A stretch of 34,786 bases of DNA from an uncultured archaeon (GTDB lineage: Archaea; Iainarchaeota; Iainarchaeia; Iainarchaeales; GW2011-AR10): positions 1-34,786 of the forward strand of contig CAYIER010000001.1 of NCBI GenBank assembly GCA_964362395.1. The letters are read 5' to 3'. Positions 24,717 to 34,749 of the stretch are shown piece by piece. Positions within the stretch are counted from its first letter, which is position 1. Every line of letters begins with the position of its first letter. A model generated the notes under the pieces. It was not told the origin of the DNA, did not search any database, and saw nothing but the letters and a program-made list of their open reading frames with translations. The translations under genes and the position numbers were made by a program.

Positions 24717-26006
24717 TCACCCGAATTTTTTAAGCGAAGACCCCAAAATTTCAAGCCCAACCATTGCCTGCTTTTCCGATAAAACAAGAGGCGGGCAAAT
24801 CCTTATAACATTTTTCCCGGCATGAAGCAAAAGCAATCCCTTGTCGCCCGCATCCAAAAGCACATTTTCAAGCAGTTTTTCGTCAATTTCCTTTGATTTC
24901 TTGCTTTTGACAACCTCAACCCCAATCATGAGGCCGATGCCGCGGACATCCCCGATTATTTCAATCTCTTCCTTCATTTCATTCAAAACTTTCAGCATCA
25001 TGTTTCCGACCTTCACTGCATTTTGACCGAGCCTTTTCTTTTTCAAAAAATCAAGCGTTGCAACCCCTGCGGCGCACGCAAGCAGGTTTCCGCCAAACGT
25101 GTTTGAGTGCACCCCCTCGCCCCAGTCCATGATTTCTTTTTTTGCAATTGTTGCGCCAAGCGGGACACCGCCGCCGATTGCCTTGCTCAAAGAAACAATA
25201 TCCGGCACGACCCCAAAATTGCTTATCGCCAAAAATTTTCCGGCCCGAAAACAACCCGACTGCACTTCGTCCACGCAAAAAATAACACCATATTCATCGC
25301 AGAGCCTGCGAACGCCCCTTGCAAAATCTTTTGGAGGGACAATGTAGCCGCCCTCCCCGCAGATTGGCTCAAAAAAAATCGACGCAACGTTGCCATTGTG
25401 TTTTTTGAAAACACGCTCGATTGCGTTAAGCGAGTGGTTTGCACACTCGCCTTCATCCTCATTTTTGAACCGGTAAATATACGGGTACGGGACATGCTTG
25501 ACCGGAAGGAATGGCTCAAAGCGCGCCCTTGCAACCGGGTTTGAATTGGTCATTGAAAGCGAACCCATTGTTCGCCCATGAAAGCTTGGCGTGAACGCAA
25601 CAGCCCACTTTTTTTTCGAGTGCCAGCGCGCAAGCTTGAATGCCGCCTCAACAGATTCAGTGCCGGAGTTTGACAAAAAAACCTTGTTCAATTCGCGCGG
25701 AAGAAAAGAAACTAGGCGCTCTGAAAAACGCACCGGCAATTCCGCATAAAAATCCGGAAACGCGGCATGCAAACCAAACTTTAGCTGTTTCTTAATTGCA
25801 GCAACAACTTCAGGGTTTGAGTGCCCCGCATTCATGACAGCAATGCCTGCGGCAAAATCAAGGAAACGATGGCCGTCCAAATCCCACAGATAACAGCCCT
25901 TTGCGCGCTTGTAAACAAAACCCGAATGGCGATCATAAGAGGGAGACATCAATTTATGGTCGCGACGGATTATTGCCTGCGATTTTTTCCCGTGAGAGAC
26001 GTGCAT
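24717..26006 (-). CDS. Class III PLP aminotransferase (ornithine/acetylornithine/4-aminobutyrate type)
   Basis: FLDFAAGIAV, NSGTESVEAAFK, SFHGRT, EPICGEGG, DEVQSG, SKAIGGG, HSNTFGGN. Confidence 0.95.
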   Translation of the reverse strand: MHVSHGKKSQAIIRRDHKLMSPSYDRHSGFVYKRAKGCYLWDLDGHRFLDFAAGIAVMNAGHSNPEVVAAIKKQLKFGLHAAFPDFYAELPVRFSERLVSFLPRELNKVFLSNSGTESVEAAFKLARWHSKKKWAVAFTPSFHGRTMGSLSMTNSNPVARARFEPFLPVKHVPYPYIYRFKNEDEGECANHSLNAIERVFKKHNGNVASIFFEPICGEGGYIVPPKDFARGVRRLCDEYGVIFCVDEVQSGCFRAGKFLAISNFGVVPDIVSLSKAIGGGVPLGATIAKKEIMDWGEGVHSNTFGGNLLACAAGVATLDFLKKKRLGQNAVKVGNMMLKVLNEMKEEIEIIGDVRGIGLMIGVEVVKSKKSKEIDEKLLENVLLDAGDKGLLLLHAGKNVIRICPPLVLSEKQAMVGLEILGSSLKKFG

Positions 26007-26182
26007 AAAAAAAACCCGTTATAAGTTATTGAAATCAAGTTGAATATTAAGATTTTGCTTAATTTGTTTTTTTAGCATCTCTATAAGCCCAATATTCTTT
26101 TTGACCCTCCCATGGCACCATAAATGCCCGCCCTTTGGCAATGAGGAAAATTTTAATGGCATTAAAATTTTCTTTTATGTAT

Positions 26183-27643
26183 TCAATCATCAATCTGCGC
26201 TCGCTGCAGCTTTCCCGAATAATCAATGTAAACGGTTTTTGTTTCAGAGAACTCGTTGATTCCTTCTATTCCCGCTTCACGCACACCGTTGCCTGTCCCC
26301 TTCACGCCGCCAAATGGCAAGTGGACTTCCGCGCCAATTGTGCTTGCGTTCACATAAACGATTCCCGACTCCAGTTGTTCAATTGCCTTAAATGCATTGG
26401 AAATGCCTTTGGTGTAAATGCTTGCACTCAAGCCATAATCGACATCATTTGCGGTTTTTATTGCCTCGGCCAGATTTTTGACTTTAATCAGGCAAACAAT
26501 TGGCCCAAAAATTTCCTCGCGTGCAACCCTCATTTTTTGGGCCACACCAGAAAACACTGTTGGCTCGAAAAAAAAGCCAGAATGCGGACCGCGTTTTCCG
26601 CCGCACAAAAGCCTTGCGCCCTCTTTTATTCCAACAGAAACAAAATACTGGGATTTTTCAAGCGCTTTCTGGTTGATTAACGGGCCGACATCGGCTGAAG
26701 AACTAGCACCGCTTCCAAGGCGCAGTTTTTTTGCGGCCACAACAAGCATTTTTTCAAATTCTGCAAAAACTTTTTCGTGCACAATCACCCTGCTTGCTGC
26801 AGTGCAGCGCTGCCCGGTTGTACCAAACGCACCCCACAAAACGCCTTCAAGCGCAAGATGCAAATCAGCGTCATCCATAATGATGATTGGATTTTTTCCC
26901 CCAAGCTCCAACCCGATTTTTTTCACGCCAGCATTTTTTGCAATCCACTCGCCGGTTTCACGGTTTCCGGTAAATGAAACAGTGCGCACATCAGGATTTT
27001 GCACAAGCACCGGGCCGACAATTCCCCCGCTTCCGGTCACCATGTTTACAACACCACCAGGAATTCCAGCTTCATGCAGCAATTCCACAAACATTGCAGC
27101 ACAAAGTGGGGTGTCGCTGCTTGGCTTGAACACAACAGTGTTTCCGCACACAAGCGCCGGCATCATTTTCCACGCTGGAATCGCGACTGGAAAATTCCAA
27201 GGAGTAATCAGTGCACACACCCCAATCGGCTCGCGCACAGTGAATGCAGCCTTGTTTGGGAGCTCGCTTGGCGCAGTGTACCCAAAAAGGCGCCTGCCTT
27301 CCCCAGCCATGTACTCTGCGGCATCAATTGCCTCCTGCACGTCCCCGCGGGCTTCAAGCAAAACCTTGCCCATTTCCTGCGTCACAACGCGGGCAAGCCT
27401 TTCCTTGTTTTTGCGAAGCAGTGACGCAAAGCGCAACAGCACCTCGCCACGCTTTGGCGCAGGAATCGCACTCCACTTCGGGAAGGCAGCCTTTGCGATG
27501 GAAATTGCGTACAGCACATCCTTTTCGTTCGCTGAAGGAAAAGACGCAACCGGTTTTTTTGTCGCAGGGTTAAGAGAAATAAAACGCGCCTTAGAATCAG
27601 GCACAACCCACTTTCCACCAATAAACAGGCCAAACTTTTTCAT
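26183..27643 (-). CDS. NAD(P)-dependent aldehyde dehydrogenase
   Basis: ITPWNFP, FTG, LELGGKNP, GQRCTA, EEIFGP, PFGGVKGTG. Confidence 0.96.
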   Translation of the reverse strand: MKKFGLFIGGKWVVPDSKARFISLNPATKKPVASFPSANEKDVLYAISIAKAAFPKWSAIPAPKRGEVLLRFASLLRKNKERLARVVTQEMGKVLLEARGDVQEAIDAAEYMAGEGRRLFGYTAPSELPNKAAFTVREPIGVCALITPWNFPVAIPAWKMMPALVCGNTVVFKPSSDTPLCAAMFVELLHEAGIPGGVVNMVTGSGGIVGPVLVQNPDVRTVSFTGNRETGEWIAKNAGVKKIGLELGGKNPIIIMDDADLHLALEGVLWGAFGTTGQRCTAASRVIVHEKVFAEFEKMLVVAAKKLRLGSGASSSADVGPLINQKALEKSQYFVSVGIKEGARLLCGGKRGPHSGFFFEPTVFSGVAQKMRVAREEIFGPIVCLIKVKNLAEAIKTANDVDYGLSASIYTKGISNAFKAIEQLESGIVYVNASTIGAEVHLPFGGVKGTGNGVREAGIEGINEFSETKTVYIDYSGKLQRAQIDD

Positions 27644-27702
27644 AAGACAACAAATAATACGCGTTTTTCGTATTTAAAGGTTTAGAACAATTGCTTAAGC
27701 GC

Positions 27703-29019
27703 CTAAATTTTGAGCTTTTTTAAAACGCTTTGCAGGTCCGGTTTCCCGATTTCGTCCAAATCATACTTTACCTGCAGGATCGGCTTTTTTGTTTTAACAA
27801 GGAGTTCCAAGTTAATTGGAGTGCCAGATAAAACCAAATCGGCATTTGAGCGGTTAATTGTCTGCCCAAGTTCATGGATTTGCTTTTTTGAATACCCCAT
27901 GGCAGGCAAAATTTTTTTCAAGCGGGGATATTTTTTGTAAAGTCCTTTAATTGAGCCGACTGCAAACTTTTGTGCATCAACAATTAGTGCCGCACCAAAA
28001 CGCTGCGCGGCAACAGTTGCGGCGCCGGTGAACATTTCGCCATGCGTCAACGTGGGGCCATCCTCCACAACAAGAACGCGCTTTCCGCGAATTTGAGAGG
28101 GAACATCAACTGTCAATTTTGAATTGGCTTTAATTACAACCGCACGCGGATTGAACTTTTTTATGTTACCCAAAAGACGCTTCACGTCAGCCTTTTTTGC
28201 AGAATCCATTTTGTTGATAATCAAAACATCCGCCATGCGGAAATTTGTTTCGCCAGGGTAATACGAAACCTCGTGCCCTTGGCGCAACGGGTCACAAACC
28301 ACAATCTGCAAATTCGGCTTAATAAAACTAAAATCATTGTTTCCTCCGTCCCAAATTATTACATTTGCCTCTTTTTCTGCGCTTCTCAAAATCTTCCCAT
28401 AATCAACACCCGCATACACTACTATTCCGCGAGAAACATATGGCTCGTACTCCTCGCGCTCTTCAATGGTACAATTTTGTTTTTTTAAATCTTCAAAAGT
28501 TGCAAACCGCTGCACTGCCTGCTTTTCCAGGTTTCCATAAGGCATCGGGTGGCGGATTGAAACAACCTTCAAACCCCTGCCCTGTAGCAACTGCGCAATT
28601 TTTCGGGACGTCTGGCTCTTTCCCGAACCTGTCCGCACAGCGCAGACAGAAACAACTGGTTTGGAAGACTTTAACTGAGTGGAAGCAGGCCCAAGCAAAA
28701 CAAAATCAGCACCATTTGCCTGCACCATTGACGCAAAATGCATCACATAATCATGCGGCAAATCAGAATAAGAAAGAGCAACTTCCTGCACCTTAAATTT
28801 TTTAACCAGCTCCGGCAATTTTTTTTCGTCAAAAATCGGGATTCCTTTTGGGTAATTTTTTCCAGAAAGCGACGCAGGGAATTTTCGGCCAGCAATTCCC
28901 GGAATCTGGGTTGCGGTAAAACAAACCACATTATAGAAATCATGTTTTTTATAGTAAGCCAAAAAATTGTGGAAATCACGCCCGGCAGCGCCGGCAATTA
29001 TAACATTCTTTTTTTCCAC
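27703..29019 (-). CDS. arcE: Arginine synthetase ArcE-like P-loop protein (often annotated GTPase/cDPGS-like); probable GTG start 29019
   Basis: GAAGRDFHNF, FTATQIP, RTGSGKS, RHPMPYG, TIEEREEYE, WDGGNND, VEDGPTLTHG; adjacent to carbamate kinase. Confidence 0.82.
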   Translation of the reverse strand: MEKKNVIIAGAAGRDFHNFLAYYKKHDFYNVVCFTATQIPGIAGRKFPASLSGKNYPKGIPIFDEKKLPELVKKFKVQEVALSYSDLPHDYVMHFASMVQANGADFVLLGPASTQLKSSKPVVSVCAVRTGSGKSQTSRKIAQLLQGRGLKVVSIRHPMPYGNLEKQAVQRFATFEDLKKQNCTIEEREEYEPYVSRGIVVYAGVDYGKILRSAEKEANVIIWDGGNNDFSFIKPNLQIVVCDPLRQGHEVSYYPGETNFRMADVLIINKMDSAKKADVKRLLGNIKKFNPRAVVIKANSKLTVDVPSQIRGKRVLVVEDGPTLTHGEMFTGAATVAAQRFGAALIVDAQKFAVGSIKGLYKKYPRLKKILPAMGYSKKQIHELGQTINRSNADLVLSGTPINLELLVKTKKPILQVKYDLDEIGKPDLQSVLKKLKI

Positions 29020-29074
29020 AAAACCGCCAACAAAAACAAACACCAAAACACTTTTTTAACAAATCGAAAAAAAT

Positions 29075-29995
29075 TCACTTGACAATCCATGTCCCGCTTT
29101 TCCCATGCAACGCATCAAACATTTTTTCAACAGAGCAAATAATGACCTTTTTGCCTCCACCCTGCAAAAATTTTATTGCCGCCCCGATTTTTGGCCCCAT
29201 GCTCCCCTCAAGGAAATGCCCCTGACGAAAAAACTTTTTTGCAAGCGGAACGTTCATCTTGAATACCTGCTCCTCGTTTTCCCCCCCAAAATCCAGACAG
29301 ACAAAATCAACGCTGGTGACAATCAGCAAAACATCAGCACTGATTTCCAGCGCAAGCAAAGCGCTTGCCAAGTCCTTGTCAATCACCGCAGGAACGCCGG
29401 AAATTTTTCCCCCAGATTCCACAACAGGGATTCCGCCGCCGCCACAGGCAATTACAATTACACCCTCCTCAAAAAGTTTTGAAATTGCCTGCCGCTCAAT
29501 TATTTTTTGCGGAACAGGGCTTGCAACAACACGCCTGTAGCCGCGGCCCGCGTCCTCAATCATGCGCACGCCTTTTTTCTTTAGGGCGAGTGCCTGCCTT
29601 TTTGAATAAAACGGGCCGACTGGCTTTGATGGCCTCTTAAACGCCCTGTCCTTTTTGTCAACAAGAACCTGAGTCAGGACAACCGCGACACCCATTGAAA
29701 CATTTTTTTTTGAAAAAGCATTCTGCAGCGACTGCGACAAAACATAGCCAATCTGGCCCTGCGACTCCGCAACAGACACCTCAAGCGGGACCTTTTCTCC
29801 GGCAATTTCGTGGCCAAGCATGAGTTCGCCGACCTGCGGCCCATTGCCATGAGTAATGGCTATTTTGTGGCCAAGAGCCACAAGCCCCGCAACATGGGCC
29901 ATTGCCTTTTGTGCCTCCCTAAATTCGTTTATTACGGAAACCCCCTGTCCCCGCAAAACCAATGCATTTCCACCCAATGCCACCACGATTTTCAT
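29075..29995 (-). CDS. arcC: Carbamate kinase
   Basis: IVVALGGNAL, THGNGPQVG, PSKPVGPFY, GYRRVVASP, GGGGIPV, AVIDKD, GSMGPK. Confidence 0.97.
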   Translation of the reverse strand: MKIVVALGGNALVLRGQGVSVINEFREAQKAMAHVAGLVALGHKIAITHGNGPQVGELMLGHEIAGEKVPLEVSVAESQGQIGYVLSQSLQNAFSKKNVSMGVAVVLTQVLVDKKDRAFKRPSKPVGPFYSKRQALALKKKGVRMIEDAGRGYRRVVASPVPQKIIERQAISKLFEEGVIVIACGGGGIPVVESGGKISGVPAVIDKDLASALLALEISADVLLIVTSVDFVCLDFGGENEEQVFKMNVPLAKKFFRQGHFLEGSMGPKIGAAIKFLQGGGKKVIICSVEKMFDALHGKSGTWIVK

Positions 29996-30072
29996 AAAAA
30001 AGCAAAAAAAATAGGCTTTAAGAGTATAAAAAACATTATATTCCAAAACATCCATTAAAATTGAGACATTTT

Positions 30073-30801
30073 ATGACATTGCTGGTTTTTGCATTCGCGG
30101 CACTGCTTAGTGTGGCACACTTATTTTCAGGGAAAGTGCAGAAACAAATTGAAAAATTTCATACAAAAATAATCAGCCTCTCGGCAGGAATTTTCACGGC
30201 ATACATTTTTTTGAGCATGCTGCCAGAATTTTTCAAAGGCACACAATTGCTTGGAGCCACGGCATTCCAATTATTGCTTGCCGGCTTCATCGTTTTCCAC
30301 GCACTTGAAAAATACCTTTACCAGCACATAAAAAACAAAAACGAGCTGATGACCGACCTTGCAGAACTGCACATAATCGGTTTTTTCTTTGACCACTTTG
30401 TCACAGGGATCATACTTTTTTTTGCGCTCACAACAGAAAACATTTTCATCGGAAGCCTGATTTTTTTGCCGCTTTTTTTGCACACGATTTCGTCATCAAT
30501 GTCATTGCAGCACATTTACGAGCGCTTCAACAAAAACATGGCAATGAATGCGCTATTGTCTTTTTCCCCCCTGATTGGCACAATTTTTGCACAAACGCTA
30601 AACCCGACGCCGGCACTGCATTACTCGATTTTTTCATTCATAATTGGAACGCTGCTTTACGTCGTAATAAGGGACACAATGCCCGCAGGAAAAAAAGGGA
30701 ACATAGAACTTTTCATATTCGGCGCAATAACCACCGCAATTTTGATACTGCTTACAACAGAAGCGCAAAACACAGGGCTGTTTTTTGTCAGCGCCCTGTG
30801 A
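30073..30801 (+). CDS. ZIP-like metal transporter membrane protein
   Basis: SLSAGIF.AYIFL.MLPE, FHALEK, His residues in TM segments, GTLLYVVIRD. Confidence 0.7.
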   Translation: MTLLVFAFAALLSVAHLFSGKVQKQIEKFHTKIISLSAGIFTAYIFLSMLPEFFKGTQLLGATAFQLLLAGFIVFHALEKYLYQHIKNKNELMTDLAELHIIGFFFDHFVTGIILFFALTTENIFIGSLIFLPLFLHTISSSMSLQHIYERFNKNMAMNALLSFSPLIGTIFAQTLNPTPALHYSIFSFIIGTLLYVVIRDTMPAGKKGNIELFIFGAITTAILILLTTEAQNTGLFFVSAL

Positions 30802-31978
30802 CACCTGACTCAATTGCGGCCGCACCGACGGCAAAAGCAATTTTTTTTACAACACCTTTGTGAAAAGCCGCCGGAATAAAATTGTTTTTTGACGGATTTT
30901 TCACAACAGAGGCAATCGCATGCGCGGCAGCGACAAGCATTTGCGGATTGACTTGGGACGCACGCACCATCAATACGCCCTTAAAAATACCAGGAAACGC
31001 AACGGCATTGTTTATCTGGTTTGGGTAATCGCTTCGCCCAGTGCCCACAACAGCCGCGCCGCCCAAAAGCGCTTCCTTTGGGCTGATTTCAGGCTCCGGA
31101 TTTGCCAGCGCAAAAACAATCGCACCCTTTGCCATCAAAGCAACCATTTCCTTTGACAAAACATTTGGATGGCTCACGCCGATAAAAACATCCGCCCCAA
31201 CAATTGCATCAGCAAGGCCGCCTTTTAGTTTCTGCAAATTTGTGAACTCTGCCAGCCCAGCCTTTTGCGCATTCAACCCATCGCGGCCGGAAAAAATAAT
31301 CCCCTTTGAGTCAACAACGATGACGCTTTTGACCGGCCCAGAAACTTTTTTGCCAACGCCAATGCAAAGCAAAAGCTTTGCAATCGCGGTTCCCGCCGCA
31401 CCCGCACCATTTACCACCACGCTTAATTCACGAAAAGGCTTTTTGACCACCTTTGCCGCGTTAATCAGCGCAGCCAAAACAACAACAGCAGTGCCATGCT
31501 GGTCGTCATGAATTACGGGAATCCCCAAATCCTGCAGTTGCCTTAACACCTCAAAGCACTTTGGCGCCTCAATGTCCTCAAGGTTTATTGCACCAAACAC
31601 AGGCGCAATCTGGCGCACGGTTTCAACAATCGTTTCCAGGTCCTGCGACTTAATGCAAATCGGAAAAGCATTTATGCCCGCAAACTCCTTGAAAATCATC
31701 GCCTTGCCCTCCATCACCGGAAGCGCTGCAAGCGCACCGATGTTCCCAAGACCCAAAACACGCGAGCCATCAGTGACAATCGCAACAGTATTGTCCTTAA
31801 TTGTCAGGTCAAAAACCTTTTTTGGGTGGGCAAAAATTTCACGGCACGCCTGTGCAACTCCAGGAGTGTAATTGAGAGCAAGCAGGCGGTTTGAAGAAAG
31901 CGGGCTCTTTGAGCGGATTTCAAGCTTGCCCTTGAGCTTATAATGAAGTTTAAGAGAATCGGAATAAATTCTGTCCAT
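30788..31978 (-). CDS. NAD(P)-dependent malic enzyme
   Basis: YTPGVA, VMEGK, INLEDI, HDDQHGTA, GAGAAG, ALANP.PEI, TGRSDYPNQINN. Confidence 0.97.
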   Translation of the reverse strand: MDRIYSDSLKLHYKLKGKLEIRSKSPLSSNRLLALNYTPGVAQACREIFAHPKKVFDLTIKDNTVAIVTDGSRVLGLGNIGALAALPVMEGKAMIFKEFAGINAFPICIKSQDLETIVETVRQIAPVFGAINLEDIEAPKCFEVLRQLQDLGIPVIHDDQHGTAVVVLAALINAAKVVKKPFRELSVVVNGAGAAGTAIAKLLLCIGVGKKVSGPVKSVIVVDSKGIIFSGRDGLNAQKAGLAEFTNLQKLKGGLADAIVGADVFIGVSHPNVLSKEMVALMAKGAIVFALANPEPEISPKEALLGGAAVVGTGRSDYPNQINNAVAFPGIFKGVLMVRASQVNPQMLVAAAHAIASVVKNPSKNNFIPAAFHKGVVKKIAFAVGAAAIESGVTGR

Positions 31979-31996
31979 TACCGCACCAAATAAAAC

Positions 31997-32233
31997 TCAG
32001 GAAAGATGGAGGGCCTTTTTCATCGCTTCCCTGTCAAAGCCAATGATTATTTTGCCATCAATATCGATTACCGGCACACCCTGCTGGCCGCTCTTCCCAA
32101 TCATTTCCATAGCACGCGACGGGTCTGAGTCAACAAGGACGTCCTCGAACTTTATGCTGTTTGCCTTCAAAAACTCCTTTGCCAAGTGACAATAAGGACA
32201 GGTCTTTGTGGAATAAACAATCACGTTAGCCAT
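31997..32233 (-). CDS. Glutaredoxin-like protein (NrdH/YruB type)
   Basis: YSTKTCPYC, SGQQGVPVI, IIGFD; GGTGAGG RBS. Confidence 0.93.
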   Translation of the reverse strand: MANVIVYSTKTCPYCHLAKEFLKANSIKFEDVLVDSDPSRAMEMIGKSGQQGVPVIDIDGKIIIGFDREAMKKALHLS

Positions 32234-32440
32234 TGCCTCACCACCAGAAATTAAAGTTAAATTGTTTAAAAGAATATGCTTTCCAGAGGTTAAAATAAAT
32301 TATGGCAAGCAGCATTAATTTTTTAGCATTGATCCACTCAATAGACAGCAAATGGCCAAATTTAGCCAAAATATTTTTGCCATTTGCCATAATGAGAAAA
32401 AATCAAAAAAAATAAAAAAAGAAAAAAATTAACCCGCGCC

Positions 32441-33187
32441 TTAATTCAGCAACGGGTCAATTATCTGCTCAAAACTTGACTGCGGCTGCGCGCCGACCAA
32501 CAGTGCACCATTTACGAAAAATGTAGGTGTCCCGCTAACGCCGCTTTTGTTTCCAAGTGAAGTGTCAGAATCAACCTTTTGAGCATACTTTGAGGAATCA
32601 AAGCACTGGTTGAACTTTGCAGCATCAAGACCCAAATCAGCGGCATATTGCTTCAGATTTGCTCCGCTTAGAGCAGTCTGGTTTGCAAACAATTTGTCGT
32701 GGAATTCAACAAATTTGCCCTGCTCCGCCGCACACTCTGACGCCAAGGCAGCCGGCCTTGCGTTTGGGTGAAGAGACGTCAGCGGAAAATGCCTATAATA
32801 AATTGCAATTTTGCCCACACCATATTTTTGCTCAAGGGCCTGAATTGTCGGATAAACCCTTCCGCAAAAAGGGCATTCAAAATCAGAAAACTCGACAATT
32901 TTAACCTTAGCCGAATCAGTTCCAAAAATTTTGTTCGAGCCATTAATAAGTTCGGCCATATTTACCTGCGCAGGCGGCGCATTTGCACCAGCCCCGGCAT
33001 TTCCGCTTGGAGCAGCATTTGCCGTGCCAGCACCATTGCCCGCGCCAGCGCCCAATGAACCCGCATTGACCCCAACAGACAAGCCGGTTAAATTGTTTGA
33101 AATTGTCCCGCCGACCAAAAACAGGGTCGCTGACAAAATCAGTGCCGAAAGCAAAATGCTGACAGGCAAATAAAGTTTTTCAGCCAT
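32441..33187 (-). CDS. Membrane-anchored DsbA-family thioredoxin (CPFC)
   Basis: N-terminal TM, G/A/N-rich linker, EFSDFECPFC, RHFPL, GTPTFFVNG. Confidence 0.93.
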   Translation of the reverse strand: MAEKLYLPVSILLSALILSATLFLVGGTISNNLTGLSVGVNAGSLGAGAGNGAGTANAAPSGNAGAGANAPPAQVNMAELINGSNKIFGTDSAKVKIVEFSDFECPFCGRVYPTIQALEQKYGVGKIAIYYRHFPLTSLHPNARPAALASECAAEQGKFVEFHDKLFANQTALSGANLKQYAADLGLDAAKFNQCFDSSKYAQKVDSDTSLGNKSGVSGTPTFFVNGALLVGAQPQSSFEQIIDPLLN

Positions 33188-33375
33188 AAAAGTTCTCCTC
33201 CGTGTATCGCATATGCGTTAGCTATTTTTTAATTAAACCCATTAACAATTTAAAAACCATTCATATATTGAAAGCAAAAAAAACAAACACCCACCCAAAC
33301 CGGTTTCCAAAATAACAAGCCAGCCCCAAATAATATCAGCCAAAGAAGTATATAAATGTTCTTTTTTAACGTTAA

Positions 33376-34020
33376 TTAGTTATTATTTGCCAGTTCGCGG
33401 TCAATCACCTGTTTTAATTGTTCATATGCCATGCCATTGTAGCGGTAGCCGTTTATGAAAAAAGTCGGCGTCCCCGTGGAACCCAAAGACTGGGCATCGG
33501 CACCGTCTTTTGAGACCTTTAAGTTCATTTCCCCCGAATCAAGGCACTGGTTAAACTGACCCAATTCAAGCCCTAAATCAACCGCGTACTGCTTGAGGTC
33601 AGCGACCTCCAGACTCTGCTGGTTTTCAAACAACTTGTCATGATATTCCCAAAATTTGCCCTGCAAGGCCGCGCACTCTGAGGCCTCCGCTGCTTTTTGT
33701 GCAAATGGGTGAATTGGCAGCGGAAAATGCCTGTAAACAAACTTTATTTTGCCGCCATATTCGGATTCAATCCTTTTAAGCACAGGGTACATTGCACCGC
33801 ACGCCGGGCACTGGAAATCAGAAAACTCGACAACCGTGACCTTTGCATTTTCGCCGCCCTTCACATGCCCGCCATCCACTATCCAGGCCATGTCAAGACC
33901 CGGGCCATTGGAGCCTGCAAAAAAAGCAAAATAAACAATTGCGGCAACAACAACGCCGGCAACCGCCAAAAAAACGTAAGTGAAATCAAACCCTTTTTCT
34001 TTTTTTTTGGTTTTTTTCAT
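33376..34020 (-). CDS. Membrane-anchored DsbA-family thioredoxin (CPAC)
   Basis: N-terminal TM, EFSDFQCPAC, RHFPL, GTPTFFING. Confidence 0.93.
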   Translation of the reverse strand: MKKTKKKEKGFDFTYVFLAVAGVVVAAIVYFAFFAGSNGPGLDMAWIVDGGHVKGGENAKVTVVEFSDFQCPACGAMYPVLKRIESEYGGKIKFVYRHFPLPIHPFAQKAAEASECAALQGKFWEYHDKLFENQQSLEVADLKQYAVDLGLELGQFNQCLDSGEMNLKVSKDGADAQSLGSTGTPTFFINGYRYNGMAYEQLKQVIDRELANNN

Positions 34021-34068
34021 TTCCTTTAACTTGCTCAAAAACACCACCACCAAAGGGCATTCAACAAT

Positions 34069-34749
34069 TCAGTGCAGCCCTTCTTTTAATCCAACCGCAA
34101 GGACAGACAAAGCCTTTGCCCGGTTTTTTGCCAAAACAACACCTGACGCAACAAAAATACCCACCGTGCCGAGTTTCACGGCAAGCCTTGCATCCTCGCC
34201 AGATTTGACGCCGGCCCCGGTGATGATTTTTATTTTGCCACTAATTTCGCCGATTTTTTTGACCGACGAAACAATCAGCCCCGGCTTCGCAGTTGAAACA
34301 GAAACATTGCCGCCGATAAGTTCCGGCGGCTCCACCGCAATGAAATCCGGGGCAAAACGCGCAAGCTCTACCGCGCGCGCTTCTGACTCAGCACAAACAA
34401 GCACCTGCAAGCCAACGGCTTTTGATTCAGCAATTGCTTTTTCCACAAACCCGTTGCCGCGCTTGTTTTCGGCGTGATTTAACACAACGCCGCGGCAGCC
34501 AGCGTCCTTTAAGGCAAATGGAAGAATGCGGCCCGTGCTTGCCCCAGGCTTTTCGTGGTCTGCGTGCTGCGCAAAAACAGGCAAAGAAACGCCCTTTGAA
34601 ATAAGGCGCAAATCAACCGCCTGCACGACCAGAACAATTTTTACGCCGGTTTTCCTTGAAACCGCCTGCGCTATTCTTGCAAGCTTCACCGCATTTTTGC
34701 CAGTCGCCTCCTTATAGGTCTTGAAATTCAAGAACAAAAACGGCTGCAT
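34069..34749 (-). CDS. tpiA: Triosephosphate isomerase, archaeal type
   Basis: LNFKTY, AQH, LNHAE, AVEPPELIGG, GAGV, VASGV. Confidence 0.96.
   Translation of the reverse strand: MQPFLFLNFKTYKEATGKNAVKLARIAQAVSRKTGVKIVLVVQAVDLRLISKGVSLPVFAQHADHEKPGASTGRILPFALKDAGCRGVVLNHAENKRGNGFVEKAIAESKAVGLQVLVCAESEARAVELARFAPDFIAVEPPELIGGNVSVSTAKPGLIVSSVKKIGEISGKIKIITGAGVKSGEDARLAVKLGTVGIFVASGVVLAKNRAKALSVLAVGLKEGLH

Noticed and set aside
26478-27677. 399-aa plus-strand ORF
   Set aside because: Antisense shadow of the aldehyde dehydrogenase gene.
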